In this document: one piece after another, positions 56,802-64,000 of the stretch
Layout of the letters: every line of letters begins with the position of its first letter
Numbering within the stretch: the stretch's first letter is position 1
Source: an uncultured Phycisphaeraceae bacterium
GTDB lineage: Bacteria > Planctomycetota > Phycisphaerae > UBA1845
DNA: 64,000 nt
Assembly (NCBI GenBank): GCA_964424105.1
Contig: CAYRHJ010000028.1
Coordinates: 12,679-76,678, forward strand
Direction of reading: 5' to 3'
The notes under the pieces: generated by a model
Seen by the model: the letters and a program-made list of their open reading frames with translations, nothing else
What the model was told of the DNA's origin: nothing
Database searches by the model: none
Program-made: the position numbers and the translations under genes

Positions 56802-59800
56802 ATGCAACGGCGCAAGATGAAGAAATCGCAACCTAATGGTAAATCACTAGTTATCGTCGAATCCCCGGCGAAGGCGAAGACGATCAATCGTTACCTGGGA
56901 TCGGATTTCATCGTCAAGGCCTCCATGGGGCACGTGCGCGACCTGCCAAGTCGGAGCCTGGGGATCGACCTACAGAACGACTTCGCCCCGACCTACGAAA
57001 TCGTCCTGGGCCGCAAAAAAATTGTCAGCGAACTCGCCAAGGCCGCAGAAAAAACGTCCGCAGTGTATTTGGCCACGGACCTTGATCGGGAAGGCGAAGC
57101 CATCGCCTGGCACCTGATGGAGGCCCTGGAACTGGACAAGAGCCGCGTCAAGCGCGTGGTCTTCAACGAGATTACCAAGTCCGCCATCACCGCAGCATTC
57201 AAAGCGCCGCGCGACATTGACATGGACAAGGTCAATGCCCAGCAAGCCCGGCGAACGCTGGACCGCATCGTCGGATACCAACTCAGTCCGCTGCTATGGC
57301 GGAAGATCGCCAAGGGCTTGTCGGCTGGTCGAGTCCAATCGGTGGCGGTCAGACTGATCGTTGAGCGAGAATGGGAAATCCGCGCCTTCGCGCCGGAAGA
57401 ATCCTGGCGGATATCGGCTGTGTTCACCCCTGATGCAGCATCGCGTCACGCATTAGCGAAGCGTTGGACTGCCTTTCTGGCAAAAGGCGAAGGCCCCGAC
57501 GGCGGACGGACACAGAAGGAGCGCATCGAATGGCTGAGCGAGAACGGTTGCCTGGCGGCGGAAGTCGTTCGGCTGGACGGACTACCCTTCAAGCCCACGT
57601 CGCACGAGGCGGCCTTGCGGTTGGCTGAACATCTCGGTTTCGTCTGCGAGAAGATCGACCAGCAGGATTGGTCCGAATACGCCGCCCAGAATCTGAAGAA
57701 AATTGAACTGATTGGCATGACGAGTCCGTCACCGAAGTGCGAATTCAAGGTGACCGACGTTCAATCTCGCCAGACGTCGTCTAAACCGCCGCCGCCGTTC
57801 ACGACCGCCTCCTTGCAACAGGCCGCGTCGACCCAGTTGAGCTTTTCCGCCTCGCGCACCATGCGCGTCGCGCAGGGGCTGTACGAAGGTATTGATATCG
57901 GAAGCGGCGACGGGACGGTAGGTTTGATCACCTACATGCGAACCGATTCGACCGTGCTCAGCAAAGATTCGGTCGCAGCCATTCGTGAGCTGATCACCAC
58001 CGAATACGGCCAAAAGTACCTCCCTTCCAAACCGCGCACGTTCGCACAGTCCAAACGTGCCCAGGAGGCACACGAAGCCGTCCGGCCGACCGACGTCAAG
58101 CTGACGCCCGCGTCGTTGAAGGATCGTCTGCCCAAGGAACAATGGCGTCTGTACGATCTGATCTGGCGGCGGGCTGTTGCGTGTCAGATGGAAGCCGCCG
58201 AATGGTTGAGCACCACGATGCTCATTTCAGCCGCGACCGCTGACGGCACGGCTGAATTCAAAGCCACAGGCCGGCAGCTCGTGTTTGACGGCTATCAGAA
58301 GGTGGCCGGCGTGCGAAGCTCCGGCGATTTGATCCTTCCGAAGCTGGACGTGGGCACCGCATTGGCTGCCATGGAGATTGACCCGGAGCAGCAGTTTACG
58401 TCACCCCCGCCGCGGTACACCGAAGCCTCGCTGGTCAAATCGATGGAGTCCGAAGGAATAGGCCGACCGAGCACCTACGCCGCGATCATTCAGACCATTC
58501 AGGACCGCGGCTACGTGGAACAGGTGGACCGCAAGTTCCGATCGACGGACAAAGGGGAAATCGTTACGGAAAAACTCATCGAGCACTTCCCCAACATCAT
58601 GAACGTCAAGTTCACGTCGTTCATGGAGGAAGAGCTCGACAAGATTGAAGAGGCCCACCTCGATTGGGTCAGCGTCTTGCGGGAGTTCTACGAGCCGTTT
58701 CAAGCCGCGCTGGCCACCGCCTCCAGCGAGATGACTCCCGCTCGATCAGAACCCAGCGAGTTTCGCTGTCCCAAGTGTGACCTGGAGATGGTCTACCGTT
58801 GGGCGAAGACGGGGCGATTCCTGTCCTGCACCGGCTATCCGGAGTGCGACGGCGCCTACAACGTCGATTCCAAGGGTCAGCCCATCAAGCCGGTCAAGAG
58901 CGACATCAAGTGCGACAAATGCGGCAATGAAATGGTGATGCGGCAGTCGCGGCACGGTTTCTTTCTCGGTTGTGCCGGATACCCCGAATGCAGCAACATC
59001 GTCCCCTGCAATGAACGTGGTGAGCCGCATGCGCTGGTCAAGGAGGAGTCGCTGGAAAAGCCCTGCGAGGTCTGCGGCCAAGGGACCATGAAAGTCAAGC
59101 GCTCCGGTTTCAGGTCGTTCCTGGGTTGCGATCAATATCCCAAATGCAAGAACACCACGCCCCTGCCGGAAGGGGTGCGCTTGGAGCGAAAGGAAAGGCC
59201 GGTCATCGAGGCCGGTTTCCCCTGTGATCGATGCGGGCGGCCCATGCACGTCAAAGCCGGTCGTCGCGGTGAGTTCATCGCCTGTAGCGGATTCCCCAAG
59301 TGTCGCAATACGTATCCGATCGAAAAGCTCGACGATCTGCAAAAGATGTCGGCGGAAGGTAAGTTGAACGCCCCGCCTCCGCCGGCGGACACCAACGGAA
59401 ACGGTAGCGCGGGCAAGTCGCCCAAAAAGGCCGCGCGCCGACCCATTACCAAAACCAGCGCGGGAAAGATCGATCTGGAGGCGATGGGGCCGCCGCCGCC
59501 GGGTTTCGCCTGGACGCGGACCGGTCGGCCCGTGGTCGAAACCATGCCCGAGGACGATCTCAAATGTCCCGAATGCGGCCACGATATGCTGCTCAAGAGC
59601 GGGCGCTTCGGGCCTTTTTTCAGTTGCACGAATTTCCCCAAATGCAAGTGCTCGGTCAATCTACGCGGCGAAGCGAAAAAGCAGGCGGAAAAGGAAATGC
59701 CCGCCCCCGTCCGTCCCAAGCCCATCCCCACGGAAGTGATATGCGATGAGTGCGGCAGCAAGATGGTGATCCGCACCAGCCGCAACGGGCCATTCCTGGG

Positions 59801-59882
59801 TTGTAGCGCCTTTCCCAAGTGCAAGACGACCAAACCCCTGCCCGATGAATTAGCCCCGTTGGCTGCGACGGCGGCGCAATAG
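56802..59882 (+). CDS. topA: DNA topoisomerase I (type IA) with six C4 zinc-ribbon repeats
   Basis: IVESPAKAKTI, ATDLDREGE, SAGRVQS, ITYMRTDS (catalytic Tyr), AQEAHEA and GIGRPSTY; six Cx2C..Cx2(Y/F)PxC repeats. Confidence 0.97.
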   Translation: MQRRKMKKSQPNGKSLVIVESPAKAKTINRYLGSDFIVKASMGHVRDLPSRSLGIDLQNDFAPTYEIVLGRKKIVSELAKAAEKTSAVYLATDLDREGEAIAWHLMEALELDKSRVKRVVFNEITKSAITAAFKAPRDIDMDKVNAQQARRTLDRIVGYQLSPLLWRKIAKGLSAGRVQSVAVRLIVEREWEIRAFAPEESWRISAVFTPDAASRHALAKRWTAFLAKGEGPDGGRTQKERIEWLSENGCLAAEVVRLDGLPFKPTSHEAALRLAEHLGFVCEKIDQQDWSEYAAQNLKKIELIGMTSPSPKCEFKVTDVQSRQTSSKPPPPFTTASLQQAASTQLSFSASRTMRVAQGLYEGIDIGSGDGTVGLITYMRTDSTVLSKDSVAAIRELITTEYGQKYLPSKPRTFAQSKRAQEAHEAVRPTDVKLTPASLKDRLPKEQWRLYDLIWRRAVACQMEAAEWLSTTMLISAATADGTAEFKATGRQLVFDGYQKVAGVRSSGDLILPKLDVGTALAAMEIDPEQQFTSPPPRYTEASLVKSMESEGIGRPSTYAAIIQTIQDRGYVEQVDRKFRSTDKGEIVTEKLIEHFPNIMNVKFTSFMEEELDKIEEAHLDWVSVLREFYEPFQAALATASSEMTPARSEPSEFRCPKCDLEMVYRWAKTGRFLSCTGYPECDGAYNVDSKGQPIKPVKSDIKCDKCGNEMVMRQSRHGFFLGCAGYPECSNIVPCNERGEPHALVKEESLEKPCEVCGQGTMKVKRSGFRSFLGCDQYPKCKNTTPLPEGVRLERKERPVIEAGFPCDRCGRPMHVKAGRRGEFIACSGFPKCRNTYPIEKLDDLQKMSAEGKLNAPPPPADTNGNGSAGKSPKKAARRPITKTSAGKIDLEAMGPPPPGFAWTRTGRPVVETMPEDDLKCPECGHDMLLKSGRFGPFFSCTNFPKCKCSVNLRGEAKKQAEKEMPAPVRPKPIPTEVICDECGSKMVIRTSRNGPFLGCSAFPKCKTTKPLPDELAPLAATAAQ

Positions 59883-59958
59883 CCCGGTACCGCAGTGTGG
59901 TGCAGCAGCACGATGGCCCAGGGCGATGCAGGAGTCCATGCCTCGGGGGCATGGTGGA

Positions 59959-60420
59959 TTAAGGGATAGCCCCGGCGTATTCAGCCGGGGTGGCAGGCTT
60001 GATGCCGTCTGGCTCGTAGCGAGTGAAGTCCGTCTTATTGAGCGTGATAAGATCGCTAAGCGAATGGGTGAGCATGTGGGCAACGGTGCGAGCGTCGTGG
60101 ACCTGGACGCCACGAACCCCGTGTTTGTGGACAAGGCTCTTCCACATCTCAGGTGTGACTGGTGTCTCGGTAAGAACTCGCACGCCGCGTTCGATTCGCC
60201 GGAGCCTTCGCGAAGCCTCCTCAAGCGAGAGGTCGAAGCCGCCGCGGTCGCCCGGCGGGCGCGTGCTGACGTTCCAGAACTCCGCGTACTGCTGGAGGCC
60301 AGTAAAGATGGGCGTCCGTTGGCCGATAAGGGCCCGAATGGCCGAGCGTACTTCGGCGTAGAATGGGTCGGAGCGGTGTAACGCTCGAAGCAAGATGCCG
60401 GTATCGACGAAGACGGCCAT
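59959..60420 (-). CDS. vapC: VapC-type PIN domain toxin
   Basis: VFVDTGILL, QYAEFWNVSTR, VHDARTVA and LITLNKTDF acidic PIN motifs. Confidence 0.9.
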   Translation of the reverse strand: MAVFVDTGILLRALHRSDPFYAEVRSAIRALIGQRTPIFTGLQQYAEFWNVSTRPPGDRGGFDLSLEEASRRLRRIERGVRVLTETPVTPEMWKSLVHKHGVRGVQVHDARTVAHMLTHSLSDLITLNKTDFTRYEPDGIKPATPAEYAGAIP

Positions 60421-60656
60421 CAATCATGGTCCACATAGATGTCTTTCGTCGAGAAGTCACGGGGGAGCGGCGGAAGGTCGAGTCCTTCAGCGAGATCGTC
60501 AAGCCACCGGTCAGCATCGTCGATGGTTTGCGGGCCGTTGGTGCCGGCAAAGTGACGCTTGAGGTACTCCTCGACGGTGAGGCCGAGGGCGGCGGCGTAG
60601 TCGGCAAGCGCCTTGGCCGTTTGCTCGTCGAGTTGGATCGTTGTCGCTGGCGTCAT
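60420..60656 (-). CDS. Probable VapB-type antitoxin (ribbon-helix-helix-like)
   Basis: TIQLDEQTAKALADYAAALGLTVEEYL followed by an acidic C-terminus; TGATG overlap with vapC; GAGG RBS. Confidence 0.8.
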   Translation of the reverse strand: MTPATTIQLDEQTAKALADYAAALGLTVEEYLKRHFAGTNGPQTIDDADRWLDDLAEGLDLPPLPRDFSTKDIYVDHD

Positions 60657-60810
60657 GTATCGGAACCTCATGAATGCGTTAGACCCGCAACCCTGAAAGG
60701 TCGGCGGGCACCGCGTTGCCTATCCCAATGATACCATGCCTCGGGCGAGGAATCACGCGGCTTGGGGGCGATATCAGGGTCGTTCAATTTTCGGAATCCC
60801 CCACAACAGT

Positions 60811-61095
60811 TCCGCGAGCGCGAAGCGAGCGGTCCCCCGCGCTCCGTCATTCCGGCGCGCTCCGTCATTCCGGCGAAGGCCGGAATCCAGTCCGTCGTCC
60901 GTGTTTCGCCCACCCCTTAATGAGCCGCGAGCGCGAAGCGAGCGGTCTTCTATTCCAACAATAACACAGCCGCGACCGCCTGCCTGTGCGTGTAACGCAC
61001 GCAGACAGGTCAGGCAGCGGTCTTCTCGTCCCACCTAATCCGATCCTTGATCCTGTCGGGTGGCCCACCTCCTTTGGAGGTGGGGGAGCCGATGA
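60811..61095. repeat. Composite cluster of four palindromic repeat families
   Basis: Two gcgagcgcgaagcgagcggtc units (60812 and 60921), dRS3-like gtcattccggcg units, cctgtgcgtgtaacgcacgcagacagg (also at about 6980) and cccacctcctttggaggtggg. Confidence 0.8.
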
Positions 61096-61415
61096 CTAGA
61101 CCGCGTGACCGAATGTCGCGGATTTTGCAAACGTGCGGACCGCCGACCGGTCCGCATTCATCCTGTCAATCTTGTAAATCCTGTCCAATCTTCCCGCGTG
61201 GCCCGGCGGCGATGATAAACCCGCAGTTGACTTGCATGCCCGAAATTCTCCGAACGCCGATCATCATGACCCCATCCGTCTCCGCGCGATAAATCGAATA
61301 AATCGTTTGAAGGCTCGTTGATCGAGGATTTTCCACCGATAATTTCAGAACGCCCACCGTGGGCCGCGGGCATCGATTCCCCAGAAGATTTCAATCGCGA
61401 ATCAGGTGACGATCG

Positions 61416-63050
61416 TTGGCCAACAGTCATTCATCCAGGGTCGCGGTGGCCCTCGCCACCACCGGGCGAATTCATCATGCCTGCATGGATTCCGTCCGGG
61501 CCATGATCCGTTCCACTTGCACCGCGGAGCACGTGGCGCTCTGGTGGGACGTGGATCAGCCGCACGATCGCTGTCGAAACGCCCTGCTTCGTCGATTCCT
61601 AACCGATCGCACGTGGACGCACATTTTTTTCGTCGATTCGGACGAGGTCGTCGAGCCGGACACGCTCGACCGTCTGCTGGCACACGATGAAGCGCTGGTC
61701 TGCGGGCCTGTGCCGACTCTGCACCAGCGTTATGGCCCACCCACCGAGCAGAAGGGCGTGACCATCGGCACGAATATCATGGTTCACGACAAGGTGGCCC
61801 TTCGCGGATCGATGGTACCCGTTGACGCGCCGGACATGGGCTATCGCCGAATGGATCCCGATCAGTTTCCCGGCCACCCGTTTTACTGTGACGCCAGCGG
61901 ATTGGGTTTGTGCCTGATTCGGCGAGACGTGATCGAGCACATGGAACCGCCCTGGTGCGCATTCGTTGGGCACGAGACCGCCGGGATCGGTGAAGATGTC
62001 TACTTTTTTCGCAAGGCTCGCGCCGCCGGCTTTCGACTTCTGGTCGATCCGACCGTGATGGCCGACCACTACAAGGTCATCGACCTGACACACCTGGACC
62101 TGCTGTATACCGAAAAGCTTCCCATTTCACCCTGGCCCAGGATGGCGCGACGATTCGTTCAACCGGCAGCCGGCGAATCTTCAAACGTCAGTGTCGAGTA
62201 TTCACCGGACGTGTCGCTAGCCGCCTTGCATCAGCCATCCGAGCACAACGGACATCGACCTGTCTTGGCAGATCGAATGGACAACCATTCGTTGGACCAC
62301 AATGGGCACCAGGCCATGAATGAACCAGTTGTGCACGTTCTGGTGGCACTGATGGTCCCATCGACGGGGTGGCTGCACGCGAGGACAATGGACACATTAC
62401 ACCATTGGGAAAAACAGTGGGGTGGCCGAATCTGCGTGCGGACGTTCCATGCCGATACCTTGCGCGGGGGCATGCTCGCCTTGGCAGACCAACTAGCAGG
62501 CGCGGATGCGGGTTTCACACACGTGCTCCTGGTACGCGATGACGTCGTTCCGCATCCCGACGTTCTGGGACTTCTCGTTGGTATCGATTCACCGATTGTA
62601 GGTGCGCTTTCGCGGCGATTGATTGATGGCCGAATCTGCTGGGCCTATTGGAACCGGGAACCCGCCACCGGTGCCTTCGTCGCACCGCAGAACATTCGCC
62701 TACCCGAAATAGAAGCCCCATTTCCGGTTGACGCCGTCGACCCTGCCTGTGCCCTGATTCGACGCGAAGCCTTGAAATGCGTCCCGGAGGCTGTTCAGGC
62801 TACGTCGGTCGCCCACGATGCGGACGATCAGTTCATCCGTCACTGGTGCGGGCTTGTTAGCGATAGAACCGGTGCAAAACCGTTGGTCGCGCCTGTAACC
62901 GTCGAACGCCGATCCGAGGTGGGTCTTCGCGGGTTTCTAGACATTAAGATGAAACTGAAGCAAAGCTTTATAAACGCCACATCCACAAACAATCCCGCAC
63001 AAACGATCGTTCGGGGTGTTGATTCACGCCACGCAACACCATCGACGTGA
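61416..63050 (+). CDS. Tandem GT-A fold glycosyltransferase-like protein (second domain degenerate)
   Basis: Domain 1: RCRNAL..THIFFVDSD (DxD), GLGLCLIRRDV, GEDVYF..A..GF..D. Domain 2: THVLLVRDDVV, CALIRREAL, DDQF. Confidence 0.75.
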   Translation: MANSHSSRVAVALATTGRIHHACMDSVRAMIRSTCTAEHVALWWDVDQPHDRCRNALLRRFLTDRTWTHIFFVDSDEVVEPDTLDRLLAHDEALVCGPVPTLHQRYGPPTEQKGVTIGTNIMVHDKVALRGSMVPVDAPDMGYRRMDPDQFPGHPFYCDASGLGLCLIRRDVIEHMEPPWCAFVGHETAGIGEDVYFFRKARAAGFRLLVDPTVMADHYKVIDLTHLDLLYTEKLPISPWPRMARRFVQPAAGESSNVSVEYSPDVSLAALHQPSEHNGHRPVLADRMDNHSLDHNGHQAMNEPVVHVLVALMVPSTGWLHARTMDTLHHWEKQWGGRICVRTFHADTLRGGMLALADQLAGADAGFTHVLLVRDDVVPHPDVLGLLVGIDSPIVGALSRRLIDGRICWAYWNREPATGAFVAPQNIRLPEIEAPFPVDAVDPACALIRREALKCVPEAVQATSVAHDADDQFIRHWCGLVSDRTGAKPLVAPVTVERRSEVGLRGFLDIKMKLKQSFINATSTNNPAQTIVRGVDSRHATPST

Positions 63051-63339
63051 TTTTATACGGCATTAGTGCAACCCCGCCCGATTCACGGCCGGTTGGATGG
63101 ACGCTCCGCATGCTTCCGGACGCAAAATGCTTGATGATAGTCCGATAACATCGCACCAGGCGCGGATACCCTACGGTAAAACACCTTCCGAAGCTTCAAA
63201 TGAGATTTCCATCGAATGCGGCGAAGACTGAGACGAATTCCGTGGCTATGATCGCACATGAGGAGGCCGGGGTGAACCCGTGAGGGGCGGGGCAGCGGTC
63301 GCCTTCTGTTGTTAATCGGTAACACACCTGGGTTAGCTT

Positions 63340-63744
63340 ATGAAAACGAGTTCGATTGTTCTAATTGGCTTGCTATCGCTAAGCTTTTGCCTCACAGGAT
63401 GTTTCGGCAATCTGGAGCCCAGCGTTGGCGCCTTCGTTCCGTTTACAGGGGCCGACGATGGCACGATTGATGATGTGCTCACGCCGGCGGGTGACGGGTT
63501 AGTGGAGCCTCCGCAGGAGAATCCTATCCGTCCGATCGACGAGCCGTCGGTGGGCCAAACCGCGGATTTGAGTGGTGACGGTGTGATCGATGAATCCGAC
63601 GAGGCGATATTTCAAGCCCAGTTCGGGTTGTCGTCAGATGATGAAGGATTCGAGCCTGCTGCCGATTTTGACGGCGATGGCGAAGTGACACTTGTAGATT
63701 TTCAAATATTTTTGCGATTGCTGGCTGGCGAGGACGTGGAATAG
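63340..63744 (+). CDS. Lipoprotein with dockerin/EF-hand-like Ca-binding repeats
   Basis: Lipobox LTGC; ADLSGDGVIDESD and ADFDGDGEVTLVDF duplicated loops. Confidence 0.8.
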   Translation: MKTSSIVLIGLLSLSFCLTGCFGNLEPSVGAFVPFTGADDGTIDDVLTPAGDGLVEPPQENPIRPIDEPSVGQTADLSGDGVIDESDEAIFQAQFGLSSDDEGFEPAADFDGDGEVTLVDFQIFLRLLAGEDVE

Positions 63745-63819
63745 AACGCGGTGCCCGTCGAGTAGGCGGTATTTGGCCCGCGATGGAGTGCGGAAATGGG
63801 AGCACAGGGGTTACTACGA

Positions 63820-64000
63820 ATGCGAGTTTGCAGTCTTAGCTTGGCGGTTCTGATTGGTGGAATCGCTACCGCGCAGGCGGCCACCATCGATTTGCAACTG
63901 AGTTCGCCACAAGACGTTTATCGAATCGGCGATGCTATCGAAATCAGCGTTTCAGCCACGGTCGATGAACTTCTGGCCGGATTCGGATTTGATCTGCTGG
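63820..64000 (+). CDS. 5' partial exported protein (cohesin-like / PEP-CTERM-type N-terminus, tentative)
   Basis: Open frame to the window end: MRVCSLSLAVLIGGIATAQAA signal peptide then TIDLQLSSPQDVYRIGDAIEISVSA..GFGFDL. Confidence 0.6.
   Translation, partial: MRVCSLSLAVLIGGIATAQAATIDLQLSSPQDVYRIGDAIEISVSATVDELLAGFGFDLL

Noticed and set aside
63051-63339. Riboswitch, ncRNA or small ORF (63083..63325) in the intergenic region
   Set aside because: No conserved riboswitch motif or protein family recognised by eye; an Rfam/Infernal scan would be needed.

Overview
A GC-rich bacterial chromosomal segment, probably from a Phycisphaerae-like Planctomycetota. This is an inference from gene content: an ASPIC/UnbV protein, a GH10-like protein, Cys-rich/dockerin-like exported proteins and paired clpP. 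About 45 CDS and one tRNA-Leu(TAG) are supported. Main blocks in order: a rhomboid / class IV aminotransferase / dimeric dUTPase operon; exported hydrolases (CRTAC1, Tat amidase, S9 peptidase); a 12.5 kb purine-catabolism molybdoenzyme cluster (mocA, short ygfK, selenium-dependent-type xdh, xdhC, a three-subunit XDH-family enzyme, ade); an ECF sigma/anti-sigma pair; a signal-peptide-bearing TldD/PmbA pair; argRGH with an ARG box; tig-clpP-clpP; fbaB; a Fic gene; purC; ppiD-like and topA; HicAB- and VapBC-type toxin-antitoxin genes; and a tandem glycosyltransferase-like gene. The strongest hidden signal is a gene that the ORF track splits in two (9386..9913, minus strand). It reads as one TlpA/thioredoxin-fold protein with an in-frame UGA at the first Cys of the CxxC motif (U-P-P-C), followed by a SECIS-like hairpin, so it is a probable exported selenoprotein. 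It lies about 3 kb from a labile-selenium molybdoenzyme cluster. Intergenic DNA is rich in several REP/REPIN-like palindromic repeat families. No CRISPR array, transposase or integrase was found.
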